Shown here: one piece after another, positions 1 to 9,094 of the stretch | Layout of the letters: the number at the start of each line of letters is the position of its first letter | Numbering within the stretch: position 1 is the stretch's first letter | DNA from: an uncultured Gammaproteobacteria bacterium | GTDB taxonomy: Bacteria; Patescibacteriota; Microgenomatia; UBA10105; UBA927 | Direction of reading: 5' to 3' | DNA length: 64,000 nt | Assembly: GCA_964430295.1 (NCBI GenBank) | Contig: CAYSEV010000003.1 | Span: 6,184-70,183, forward strand | Notes under the pieces: model-generated | The model's database searches: none | Seen by the model: only the letters and a program-made list of their open reading frames with translations | Told to the model about the DNA's origin: nothing | Program-made: the position numbers and the translations under genes

Positions 1-91
1 CAGATATAAATAAATACACACCGTTTCCTGTTCCTCCTTGTGAAGGGTTCGCTGACTGCGACGCAAAATTAAAAGCTGCCGGTTACGCAGC

Positions 92-1087
92 GTGTTTATC
101 AGAAATGCCATGAAACGATTTTTAATTATCATTATTATTTTCTTCATGTTGTTTGGTGTCAGTTTTTTATGGTTTTCTTCATCCGAAAAAAACAAGACGC
201 CCACTCAAACCACAATTACTCCTACTCGCGTGGTCTCGGCCATATCTGCACCAAGAACGTTGACGTTTCCTGGCGATGATTCTGTGGTTTTTTCATACAC
301 TAGCCACCCCCCTCAGTTTCCGGAAGAATTACCTTCGTATGCCGTAACATATCCGCCGAAGATAGAAGAGGCGGTTGCGTCACTTGCAAAACAATGGGGG
401 TTCGTCGTTCCTGTCAAGAAGCCGGTTCCATATGTATATGACTGGATAGAGAAGGAAAAACACATGTCTGTAAACACAAAAACAAACACGCTTTCTTTCT
501 CATATTTTTATCCGTCTGTTAATTCGTCTATGAATGGAAGGTTAACAGTGGAGACAGTGATAAAAGATATTACAAAGGCCGGCTTACTTCAAAAAAGTCT
601 TGTTTTCGTTGAAGCAAAAAAAGAAATCAACGCAACGTCTGGAGAGGGATTAGATTCAACCATATACCCTTCTACATTTATTTCATATCAATATAAAGTG
701 GCAGATCAGCCATATCCATTCATTTTTACGGGCGCAAACCAATATGCAGCGACCATAAGAATACTCGACCGTGGAGACATTGTGTCTTTTTCTATTAGAA
801 TTCCTCCTTTTGTAAAGCCTCTGCAACTAAAAAAAACGATATCTGCGGAAGAAATACTACAATCATTAAATGAACACAAAGGTATTCTTGTGAGAGCCGG
901 TGAACAAACCCAACCCGATCCATATAAATTGATTGAATCGTTTTCCTCGGTTGAAATATCTTCCATCACAATTGGATACTTTATGGATGACGCGGAAAAA
1001 ATATTTTATCCTATTTATATAATTTCCGGCTCTGCCTACGGGGCAACAACGTATAAAGTCACATACTATTTGCGGGCCACTTTATAA
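92..1087 (+). CDS. hypothetical membrane-anchored/secreted protein (N-terminal hydrophobic helix, no recognisable domain)
   Basis: 331-aa ORF. The N-terminus is FLIIIIIFFMLFGVSFLWF, a signal anchor. No motif recognised. Convergent with dnaN. Confidence 0.45.
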   Translation: MFIRNAMKRFLIIIIIFFMLFGVSFLWFSSSEKNKTPTQTTITPTRVVSAISAPRTLTFPGDDSVVFSYTSHPPQFPEELPSYAVTYPPKIEEAVASLAKQWGFVVPVKKPVPYVYDWIEKEKHMSVNTKTNTLSFSYFYPSVNSSMNGRLTVETVIKDITKAGLLQKSLVFVEAKKEINATSGEGLDSTIYPSTFISYQYKVADQPYPFIFTGANQYAATIRILDRGDIVSFSIRIPPFVKPLQLKKTISAEEILQSLNEHKGILVRAGEQTQPDPYKLIESFSSVEISSITIGYFMDDAEKIFYPIYIISGSAYGATTYKVTYYLRATL

Positions 1088-1105
1088 CTACCAACTTATG
1101 TAGTT
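1086..1105. terminator. weak hairpin between convergent genes (aactac-N8-gtagtt)
   Basis: A 6-bp inverted repeat overlaps the stop codons of ORF 92..1087 and dnaN. It is not T-rich on either side. Confidence 0.2.
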
Positions 1106-2199
1106 CTGACAGGCATTATGATGTGAAGAAATGATTCATCCGTTGTGGATTTAAAGACTCCAGGGTTAAGTGATCCTGTCATTTCAAAGATCAATTCGCT
1201 TTCCTGAATATTTGATAAGAGATCCGTCAGAAATTTGCTGTTAAATGCCATTTCCCCGCCTTCTCCCGTCACTTGCGCATCTATTTCTATTTGGTCTTCC
1301 CCTATTTGGGGCGTGTTTGCGCTCACTAGCACAGTTTGATCTTTTATTTGAAGCTTTATTATGTTTGCGCTGTCTCGGGCAAATATACTTGCTGACTTTA
1401 CTGCTTTTGAAAGAACTGCTGTTTCAATAACTACGCTGGTGTTGTGTTTTGTCGGGATAATCCGTTCATAATTAGGATAGTCGCCATCAATAAGCCTTGT
1501 TCGTATTTCAGTATCCCCAATCACAAAAAGAAGCTGATTGTCTTTTTGTCTTGCCAGCTGTATCTCTTTCACATCTTTTTCTTCGTTTGATATTTTTAAG
1601 ACCTCTGCAATAGCTTTTGCCGGCACCAAAAGATCTAACCCGTGATCAGTGTCGGTTGTTTGTTTTTTAACAGAGAGTCTATATCCATCAGTTGCCGCAA
1701 AGTTCAGCTCTCCGTCTTTTTCAATGATTCTAATTCCGGTTAGAACTGGCCTTCCCTCATCTGTGGCAGCGCTAAACACCACCCGGTTAAGATTTCTCAC
1801 AAGATCATCCTTATTCATCGTTATGGCGTTTTTTAGTTCGGGTTGTGGTAGCGGTGGGTATTCTTTTGCTGCAATTCCTGGAATCACTGCCTTATATCCA
1901 TTACAAACAATAAGAAGCGCTCCTTCTTTTTCTGACATGTCCACGGTTCCTTGAGGCAAAGACGCAACGTATTCACAAAGTAGTTTAGAGGGAACACAAA
2001 CCCCTCCCTCTTCTATGATTTTTGATCCCACGAGTACTGTTTCGGTTGTCTCCAGGTTTGTCGCTGTCACTTTTAGCCTTCCGCTCTCTGTTGTTAATAA
2101 GACATTTTGTAGTATCGGCAGCTGTGGTTTTGTTGGCACTATTCGTCCGGTTCGAAGCAGGGTTCTGAATAGGTTTTCCTGAAGAATTTGAATATTCAT
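1096..2199 (-). CDS. dnaN: DNA polymerase III beta subunit (sliding clamp)
   Basis: 367 aa. The N-terminus MNIQILQENLFRTLLRTGRIVPTKPQLPILQNVLL is typical of the beta clamp. It lies immediately downstream of dnaA in the canonical arrangement. Confidence 0.9.
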   Translation of the reverse strand: MNIQILQENLFRTLLRTGRIVPTKPQLPILQNVLLTTESGRLKVTATNLETTETVLVGSKIIEEGGVCVPSKLLCEYVASLPQGTVDMSEKEGALLIVCNGYKAVIPGIAAKEYPPLPQPELKNAITMNKDDLVRNLNRVVFSAATDEGRPVLTGIRIIEKDGELNFAATDGYRLSVKKQTTDTDHGLDLLVPAKAIAEVLKISNEEKDVKEIQLARQKDNQLLFVIGDTEIRTRLIDGDYPNYERIIPTKHNTSVVIETAVLSKAVKSASIFARDSANIIKLQIKDQTVLVSANTPQIGEDQIEIDAQVTGEGGEMAFNSKFLTDLLSNIQESELIFEMTGSLNPGVFKSTTDESFLHIIMPVRTT

Positions 2200-2249
2200 A
2201 GTAATCGAAACGTATCTTTATGTATATCTCTATAGTATTAGTAAATAGA

Positions 2250-2412
2250 AAACGGTGTGGAAAAGTGTATGTCTTTTTGAAATATAAGTCAACGGGCCCG
2301 TAGAACAAAATAAATAAAGAAAAGAAAACACCAAAAAAGCGGTGGAAAAACAGGTGGATAACGTAGTGGATAACTCACCCTCTTATGTGTATAAGTGGAT
2401 AACGGAAAGAAG
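2250..2412. promoter_or_regulatory. oriC: oriC element in the dnaA-dnaN spacer: three DnaA boxes plus an AT-rich stretch
   Basis: GTGGATAAC (reverse complement of TTATCCAC) occurs at 2354-2362, 2367-2374 and 2396-2404. A near-box tgtggaaaa lies near 2258. An AT-rich run, aaataaataaagaaaagaaaaca, sits at 2300-2330 as a candidate DUE. The position between dnaA and dnaN matches the B. subtilis-type bipartite origin. Confidence 0.7.
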
Positions 2413-3780
2413 TTATGCCCAGACTTTCAATTTAATCCCCTCAACATCGTTTCGAAGGTGTTCATTTGTGGATAATTCTTTTGCAATGGCATCCACGCCA
2501 TGCATAACCGTTGTGTGATCTCTTCCTCCTAAAAGCCCGCCGATGTCTCCATGAGTGAGACCGAGTTCTGTTCTGCACAAATACATAAAGACCTGTCTTG
2601 GACGGGCAATCGGTCTATCCCTTTTGGGGCCCCTCATTGCTGTGGATTTAATACCAAAATATTCCGCAACAGCTTCCATTAAATCTTGCGGAGGCACTCT
2701 TTTTTGCGTTCGCTCCGTCTGCTTAATTGCCGGTTTAATACTCAGTAATGAAGAAATCAATTCCGTAGATACCTCTATATTTTTTGTTGCAGTTTCTGTT
2801 ATGAGTCTTCTAAGAAAACCTTCTATAGCTCTTGTATCAGAAATGTTTGCGGCTATGAGCTGAGCAGACTCAGAAGAAACCGCAAGCCCAAGAGCCTTTG
2901 ATTTTATATTGATAATAGCCACTCGCAGTTCAAAGTCCGGATTAGCGACATCCACCGTTAACCCGCCCTCAAATCGGCTTCGAAGCCTATCTTCGAGTTT
3001 TGAAATCTCTGTAGGAGGTCTATCTGATATAAGAATTATTTGTCCCCCTTCTCTATGAACTGCGTTAAACGTATGAAAAAACTCCTCTTGTGCCGTCAAC
3101 TTTCCTGCAATAAATTGGACATCATCAACCAACAGCAGTTGTGCATTTCGATATTTCTGTTTGAACTGACGGGCTGTTTTTGTCTGTATAGCTTCAACAA
3201 TTTCGTTTAAAAACTCCTCACCCATACAATACACCACCCTAGTTGTCGGTTTTCGTTGCAAGATGCTGTTGGCAACAGCATGCATTAAATGAGTTTTACC
3301 GACTCCTACCCCGCCGTAAATAAACAAAGGGTTATATGCTGTTCCCGGAGAGCGGGCAACCGCTGTTGCCGCCGCATAAGCCATTTGGTTTGATGTGGAA
3401 ACCGCGAAATTTTCAAACGTTGCATCCGGACGAATATGAAGCCGTCTGGAAAGAGAAGAAAGATCCTGTTCTCCACTTGAGGCGGGAACCGAAGCAAAGA
3501 GCGGACCGGCGTCTTTAGAGGAGAGCTTTTCTTTTTTTGGAACCACCGAGAACACCATGCTTATGTTTTCGTGTGTGTGGTGGTCTAATATGCTTTTGAC
3601 GAGAGAATAATATCTCGTTTCTACGAGCGTTCTCATGAGAGGGCTTGTAAAGCTGATATGAGCGACATTATCAGATAGAGATAATAGCCTAGAGCTCGCA
3701 AAATGTGTTTGAAACGTAGCTTTAGAAACCGATAATTCGATCTCTGCTAATACCGTCTTCCAGAGTTTTTCAGTATCCAT
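2413..3780 (-). CDS. dnaA: chromosomal replication initiator DnaA
   Basis: 455 aa. Walker A GGVGVGKTHL. C-terminal DNA-binding signature LTHGDIGGLLGGRDHTTVMHGVDAIAKEL. Box VII/sensor region LLLVDDVQFIAGK. Confidence 0.95.
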   Translation of the reverse strand: MDTEKLWKTVLAEIELSVSKATFQTHFASSRLLSLSDNVAHISFTSPLMRTLVETRYYSLVKSILDHHTHENISMVFSVVPKKEKLSSKDAGPLFASVPASSGEQDLSSLSRRLHIRPDATFENFAVSTSNQMAYAAATAVARSPGTAYNPLFIYGGVGVGKTHLMHAVANSILQRKPTTRVVYCMGEEFLNEIVEAIQTKTARQFKQKYRNAQLLLVDDVQFIAGKLTAQEEFFHTFNAVHREGGQIILISDRPPTEISKLEDRLRSRFEGGLTVDVANPDFELRVAIINIKSKALGLAVSSESAQLIAANISDTRAIEGFLRRLITETATKNIEVSTELISSLLSIKPAIKQTERTQKRVPPQDLMEAVAEYFGIKSTAMRGPKRDRPIARPRQVFMYLCRTELGLTHGDIGGLLGGRDHTTVMHGVDAIAKELSTNEHLRNDVEGIKLKVWA

Positions 3781-3837
3781 GATGCGTAATACATGAGCAG
3801 AGTAATATAGTGACGCAGCGCATGAGGGTTATATCAC

Positions 3838-3861
3838 ATTGTGGATAAGTTGTCCACAAGA
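3838..3861. promoter_or_regulatory. inverted pair of DnaA boxes upstream of dnaA (second half of bipartite oriC / dnaA autoregulation)
   Basis: The sequence tTGTGGATAAgTTGTCCACAag contains a perfect TGTGGATAA box and a TGTGGACAA box in inverted orientation. It lies 60 nt upstream of the dnaA start. Confidence 0.6.
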
Positions 3862-3899
3862 ACACCCACATCACAGCCGTGCTATCATAGTGTAGAGAT

Positions 3900-5909
3900 A
3901 TGATTTCATCGACACAAATCATGGTTAGTTTAGTTATCCTCGGGTGCATGGTTCTCTTAGGCGATGAAAAACAATCAATTGTTTTTATAGTTTCTGTAGC
4001 TGCGACAATTTGTCTTTATATTTATGATTGGTATAAAGGTAAAAAAAAGTATGTTATTGCGACGGACACTCTGGTGCTTTGGTTATTGCTTGGGGTGTCT
4101 TTCATACTATCATCAATACACTCGTTAAGTCGTGGATATTCATTCACAGAAGGTATCAAGTATATAAACGCCTTTTTGTTATTTGTCTATTTTTCAAATA
4201 AAACAGATCAAAAAGATATCCATCGATACGCAACAGCCTTATATTATTGGACCATTGTAATCCTCGTGATTTCGTATATGTTTGTTTTTTTCCCTATATT
4301 CAGGTCTTTTTTACCCCTGATGAACCTTTTGTATAAATCTTATGACCATAGTCATGTTGTCGATGTTTTGATATTTACAACCCCCTTATGGATATATATG
4401 TTGAAACAAAAAAAAGATCTGATCACCAAACTAAGTGTTCTGTTTTTAGCATCCGGTCTATTAACATCGTATGCAAGAGGCGCAATACTACTCATATTAA
4501 TTATGGGTGCTATTTTTGGGAAAAAATACCTTCACGGGAAATATAGCAAGCAAGGGTCCTGGTTTCTTTTCTTGAGCACTGTGCTAAGTATTGGCGCCCT
4601 TGTTTATTTTACGTACGGTATAAGGAGTAATCCTATATCAGGAGTATTACATAAACTAAACACTCAAAAAATGGTGACGGTTGAAAGCAGAATGGGCTTT
4701 TGGAAACAAGCGATAACTTCTATAAAAACATATCCTCTCTTTGGACAGGGACCCGGTACATTCTATTTGGTGTCCAAAAAATTTCAATCGGAGCCCAACT
4801 CATATTCCTGGTTCGCGCACAGCTTCCCTCTTCAGTCCGTCACAGAGATGGGTCTTTTAGGTTTTATAATTTTATTTCTCTTATTATATAAATTATTGTT
4901 TATTAATAAAAAAGGATTGTTATTTCATAGTGCTCTCAATATTACGCCCGAGGCCTCTCTACTTCATGGTATTATTCTGGTCTTTCTTTACAGTTTTTTT
5001 GAGATGAATATGGATTTTACAGTGGTTTGGGTTCTCTTTTGGTCTATACTAGGAATGTTAAATCAGGTTCAAAATAAATCGCATAGTTCCAACAAAAAAA
5101 CAAATATCCACGTAATCATTCCATTAGTTATTCTTAGTGTATTCTATGTGAGTGCCATTCTGGGTTCTATTACTAATGCAAATCATAGAACGCAAGATCT
5201 TGCAGTAATGATTATGCCCTATGATGCAAATATTGTCGGCTCATATCTTGAAAAATTGCCAACCAAAAAAGCCGTTACACAAACACAAAAAAAGATAATA
5301 CGATTTTTCCACGCATATAATTCCTCTATTCTTGTTAATTTGGCATCAGCCGAAACGGATCCGATAAAATATGATGATTATATGAAAACGGCGATTGAAA
5401 GTGATCCTCAAAACAGGTCAAATCTTGAAACGTACATAACCTATTCTCTCAAAAATAACAGAGACGATAATCTCCAATATATTGTTAAAACCATGGCACA
5501 GACCATAAGTGTACAAAAGCAAAAAGATCAAAACTATATAGAAACCAGATGGAAAAACATACACAATTGTTTTAACTCGGCATCACTAATCTGGAATGAT
5601 TCTCCGTATGTAGATACCTATCAGGCAAAATCTCTGTATTTTGCCTCATTATGTCTTATTAAAGAAGGAAATTTTGAAGATGGAAAACGATTGATGGAGA
5701 TTGCCGTTAACGCAAAAACCAGTTGGAGCAATATTTACATTGACTATGCGGCAATAATATGGTGGAATGAGGGAAATTACGCTAAAGCAAAAACAATTCT
5801 GAAAGAGTGTGAAAAAAATGAAAACGCTAGAAATCATTGCTCCCAGTTTGATAACGGCCAATTATCTCATACTAGTGTGCAGGATAAAAATATTTCATTT
5901 ATAAAATAA
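3900..5909 (+). CDS. polytopic membrane protein with O-antigen-ligase/polymerase-like (Wzy_C) core and C-terminal TPR-like soluble domain
   Basis: 669 aa. About 10 predicted TM helices in the N-terminal 420 aa. The loop motif HSFPLQSVTEMGLLGFIILFLLLY is typical of the O-antigen ligase family. The C-terminal ~250 aa is hydrophilic and helical, with TPR-like repeats. Its stop overlaps the start of the radical SAM gene. Confidence 0.55.
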   Translation: MISSTQIMVSLVILGCMVLLGDEKQSIVFIVSVAATICLYIYDWYKGKKKYVIATDTLVLWLLLGVSFILSSIHSLSRGYSFTEGIKYINAFLLFVYFSNKTDQKDIHRYATALYYWTIVILVISYMFVFFPIFRSFLPLMNLLYKSYDHSHVVDVLIFTTPLWIYMLKQKKDLITKLSVLFLASGLLTSYARGAILLILIMGAIFGKKYLHGKYSKQGSWFLFLSTVLSIGALVYFTYGIRSNPISGVLHKLNTQKMVTVESRMGFWKQAITSIKTYPLFGQGPGTFYLVSKKFQSEPNSYSWFAHSFPLQSVTEMGLLGFIILFLLLYKLLFINKKGLLFHSALNITPEASLLHGIILVFLYSFFEMNMDFTVVWVLFWSILGMLNQVQNKSHSSNKKTNIHVIIPLVILSVFYVSAILGSITNANHRTQDLAVMIMPYDANIVGSYLEKLPTKKAVTQTQKKIIRFFHAYNSSILVNLASAETDPIKYDDYMKTAIESDPQNRSNLETYITYSLKNNRDDNLQYIVKTMAQTISVQKQKDQNYIETRWKNIHNCFNSASLIWNDSPYVDTYQAKSLYFASLCLIKEGNFEDGKRLMEIAVNAKTSWSNIYIDYAAIIWWNEGNYAKAKTILKECEKNENARNHCSQFDNGQLSHTSVQDKNISFIK

Positions 5910-5910
5910 T

Positions 5911-6915
5911 ATGTATCCAAAACACGCAATTATCGCAGTAACTCTTAACTGTAATTCTCGTTGCATTATGTGCAACATATGGAAGAATCGTATTACAAAT
6001 GAGTTGCAACCACATGAGTTTCTAAAAATCCCCTCGTCACTCATAGATATTAATATTACCGGTGGAGAACCATTTTTACGAAAAGATCTGGTGGAAATTA
6101 TCGCAAATATGAAAAAAGCTGCTCCCAAAGCGAGAATGGTTATGATTTCGAATGGGTTTATGCCCCATAGAGCATCAGAGGATTTGCCAAAGATCTATAA
6201 AATAGATCCAAACTTTGCCTTTAGAGTTTCTATTGATGGTATAGGTAAAGCCCATGATGAAATTCGAAGGATTCCTGGCGGATTCGATAAGATCATGAAA
6301 ACCATTGAAGCAGCCAGAAAAGCCGGCCTGAAAGATTTAGGAGTCTCTTTTACAGTTATCGATCAAAATGTGAGTGAAATTCCTAAAGTACGAGAATTTT
6401 GTAAAAAAAATGATTTAGAGTTTTCTATTACCGTTGCAACCAATTCTGTTATATATTTTGGCTCAGATAAAAGTTCTCTTCGTCCAAAACATCCGGAAAA
6501 ACTTGAAGAACAACTTCGGAGTCTTTCGCGGGACCATTATAGTCATATTAATCCAAAAGAAATAAGTAGAGGGTGGTTTGTTAAAGGGCTAATAGAGTAC
6601 ATGAATACAGGCAAGCGAACACTCCCCTGCGATGCTGGACAAGGGTTTTATTATATGGACTCAGTCGGCAATGTTTATACGTGTCATTTAAAACCCTGGA
6701 TAATGGGTAATATACGACAAGATTCACTGGATCAGATTTTTGGAAGAAATATACACGCTGGCAAAGTCGCCGCGTGTAATGATTGCTGGATGGTTTGTAC
6801 GGCAAAATCAATGATGAAAAAACGTTTAGCCCTTATTTTACCCGGTGTTATTCCAGATGTACTGGATGCCTTGGTTCAATACGCATTCCAAAATAAATCA
6901 AGCTCTACCGTGTGA
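5911..6915 (+). CDS. radical SAM protein with C-terminal SPASM-like Cys cluster
   Basis: 334 aa. A CxxxCxxC motif occurs at residues 14-21 (CNSRCIMC). C-terminal cysteines CDAGQG...YTCH...ACNDCWMVC are typical of a SPASM/twitch auxiliary Fe-S domain. It is translationally coupled to the upstream Wzy-TPR gene. Confidence 0.7.
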   Translation: MYPKHAIIAVTLNCNSRCIMCNIWKNRITNELQPHEFLKIPSSLIDINITGGEPFLRKDLVEIIANMKKAAPKARMVMISNGFMPHRASEDLPKIYKIDPNFAFRVSIDGIGKAHDEIRRIPGGFDKIMKTIEAARKAGLKDLGVSFTVIDQNVSEIPKVREFCKKNDLEFSITVATNSVIYFGSDKSSLRPKHPEKLEEQLRSLSRDHYSHINPKEISRGWFVKGLIEYMNTGKRTLPCDAGQGFYYMDSVGNVYTCHLKPWIMGNIRQDSLDQIFGRNIHAGKVAACNDCWMVCTAKSMMKKRLALILPGVIPDVLDALVQYAFQNKSSSTV

Positions 6916-6932
6916 GAATGATATTCCGTATT

Positions 6933-7937
6933 TTATTTGTCTGACAGGATTGCCAATTGAAGTTCTTTTTTGAAATGTGAGTAGTCATTGGTTCTATAGA
7001 AATGCACACGTTTTGTGTGTTTGTATTCATCCCTCAAAAAATCTCCGACCAAGCAATTTTTATCATATGACAATGCCTCAGCAACACTAATTGGATACCC
7101 TTCAATATTAGACGGTAGGACAAATAATCTGCAGTTGCTGATTAACTCTCTTTTTTCACGCCCGAAGACGTATCCGGTAAATATGATTTTTTTGGATTTA
7201 GCAAGCTTATACAATGTCTTTGTATATATATCCGAATGACTGGATCCTCCTGCAAGAACGATAGGGACAGAGACATCATCAGATGCTCTTATAAGCCACT
7301 CAATGCGTTTCTCAGGCACAAATCTCCCTAAAAATAAGATGTAATTGTTTTTTCTTAGGCCATATTTTTTTGTGATTATCTGGGCTGTTATGTTGTGTTG
7401 TTTTGTTGTGCTGTATACATCTAATATTGTATCCCTCTTATAAATATGTTTATAGCGTTTCGCTATTTTTATAGAAACGGCATATAGATTATGAGAGCAG
7501 GCCAAAACCACCCTCTCAGAAATTAAAAGAAATATCTTTGCCCCAAGTCCCCATTTTTTTCGCTCCCAATCAAAAGAATGAATGGTGGTATGAATTTTTT
7601 TTCCAAAAAAGCGAGGGATAAATGAAAAAAACGCCGGACCAACACCGTGATACCATACTATATCATTTGAACTAAAAGCTGCATGAAGGGAAGCAAAAAA
7701 ACTATATGAAATAGTGTCTAAATGAGTACTGTTAATAGACCAGATTGGTATAAGTATTGCTCCCTTATAGCGTTTAATATCAGTATCTGTTTGTGTCCAT
7801 GATCGTATATAGCATGATACTCGCGAACCCTTTGTTATAGATTCCAGCTTGTGTTGTATATAAGCTTCAATACCAGATGTCCCAGAAAATTCCATCGGTA
7901 TTCCTCTCGCTCCAATTATCGCAATCGAAGATATCAT
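6933..7937 (-). CDS. glycosyltransferase family 4 (GT-B, retaining)
   Basis: 334 aa. FLGRFVPEKRIEWLI ... EGYPISVAEALS matches the GT4 EX7E-type C-terminal motif. Confidence 0.75.
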   Translation of the reverse strand: MISSIAIIGARGIPMEFSGTSGIEAYIQHKLESITKGSRVSCYIRSWTQTDTDIKRYKGAILIPIWSINSTHLDTISYSFFASLHAAFSSNDIVWYHGVGPAFFSFIPRFFGKKIHTTIHSFDWERKKWGLGAKIFLLISERVVLACSHNLYAVSIKIAKRYKHIYKRDTILDVYSTTKQHNITAQIITKKYGLRKNNYILFLGRFVPEKRIEWLIRASDDVSVPIVLAGGSSHSDIYTKTLYKLAKSKKIIFTGYVFGREKRELISNCRLFVLPSNIEGYPISVAEALSYDKNCLVGDFLRDEYKHTKRVHFYRTNDYSHFKKELQLAILSDK

Positions 7938-7939
7938 AA

Positions 7940-9094
7940 CTATAAATTATATAATTTTATATACTCATTAATATTACGAGTGGAATAATTTTGTTTTACC
8001 ATACTCTTTGCTAACAGGATTTTTCCCATCTCATCTTCATATGAATCAAGTGCTCTGATGAGTACTCTTGTCATCTCACTGTCGTTTTTTGCTATATATC
8101 CATACGTATTATTCATCTTAGTATCTAATCCATAAAAATATTTTGTTACAACGAGTGCGCCAGTAGAAAATGCGTCTAATATTGAAACGGGAAACCCCTC
8201 GCTTTTCGCTGTTGAATTGCACACAAAACATTTAGACTGTTTTAATAACAAAGATATATCTTTTAAAGGGGTGGTAATAAAAATGTTATGTTCCAATTTG
8301 TGATGGCGAATATATTGCATGCATGCATCTTTTTCAGAGCCCTCCCCTACTAACATGCAGATAATCTTTTTTTTGGACAATCGTATAACAGTTCGTAAAA
8401 GTGTTAATAATTGGAAAATTTGTTTTTCTTTCTCTAGTCTCCCGGCATAGATAATATCTATCCGCTTTACTTTCTTTGATAATTTACAGTCAGCATACCT
8501 TGACCAATTGGGAATTATTTGTATGGTGCGAAGCGGAATGCCATAAGATCTTATAAGATCAAGCTGTATAGCCGTTGTAGGGACAATAATTCTGTCAGCA
8601 TAAGGGTATAACAATCGTATACCTAGTTCCTGAACCCAAGGCAATACCATTGTTCGTACCATGGTAGAAGTATAATGTCCCTCATTTATAATGATTGTAA
8701 CTTTTCGCCAAAAAAATATAAATTTAGTAGCGAGGACTGTTAAAGAATATGGACTTATATGTGAAGCTATTGTTGCCGGCTTTATTAAAAAAATATGGTA
8801 CCAAGCCCAAAGCATAAAAAGAAAATAATTGTCAGAACCGTTCCATCGGTAAAAATCCAATATTCTCACATTGGGGTTATTTATTACATCTCGTAAATCA
8901 AAATCCCTTTTTTCTTTTAATAGTATATATACGGGGGTATTATTGTGAGAAAATTTTAGTCTATTTACTATATCAGTTATTCTAACAGGTATTCCTCCTA
9001 ACCCAAGATTTGAATACACAATAACCAAAGGTTTAGTCATATAAATATAAATGACTGAAGAAAAAATTAGCTGTAGAAGCAAACCCATCTTCAA
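7940..9094 (-). CDS. glycosyltransferase family 4 (paralog 1 of 3); real start probably at 9040
   Basis: IYAGRLEKEKQI ... EGFPVSILDAFSTG. An internal Met, MTKPLVIVYSNLGLGGIPVRITDI, aligns with the N-termini of the paralogs at 11891 and 13000. That start gives an ATGACTAA overlap with the epimerase stop. Confidence 0.75.
   Translation of the reverse strand: MKMGLLLQLIFSSVIYIYMTKPLVIVYSNLGLGGIPVRITDIVNRLKFSHNNTPVYILLKEKRDFDLRDVINNPNVRILDFYRWNGSDNYFLFMLWAWYHIFLIKPATIASHISPYSLTVLATKFIFFWRKVTIIINEGHYTSTMVRTMVLPWVQELGIRLLYPYADRIIVPTTAIQLDLIRSYGIPLRTIQIIPNWSRYADCKLSKKVKRIDIIYAGRLEKEKQIFQLLTLLRTVIRLSKKKIICMLVGEGSEKDACMQYIRHHKLEHNIFITTPLKDISLLLKQSKCFVCNSTAKSEGFPVSILDAFSTGALVVTKYFYGLDTKMNNTYGYIAKNDSEMTRVLIRALDSYEDEMGKILLAKSMVKQNYSTRNINEYIKLYNL

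Noticed and set aside
706-969. Numerous short ORFs (60-140 aa) in the six-frame track lying inside, and mostly antisense to, long well-supported genes. Examples: 706..969, 1245..1430, 2555..2863, 3306..3518, 10909..11250, 17258..17773, 41525..42314, 44236..45293, 51520..51882, 53620..54084.
   Set aside because: They overlap coding sequence with clear family signatures, have no motifs of their own, and are the expected shadow ORFs of long genes. Not reported as features.
5911-6915. Considered whether the radical SAM gene could be the missing EpmB (lysine 2,3-aminomutase) for the epmA/efp system.
   Set aside because: The CxxxCxxC motif is at residues 14-21 with a C-terminal SPASM-like Cys cluster. 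KamA/EpmB enzymes have the motif about 120 residues in and no SPASM domain.
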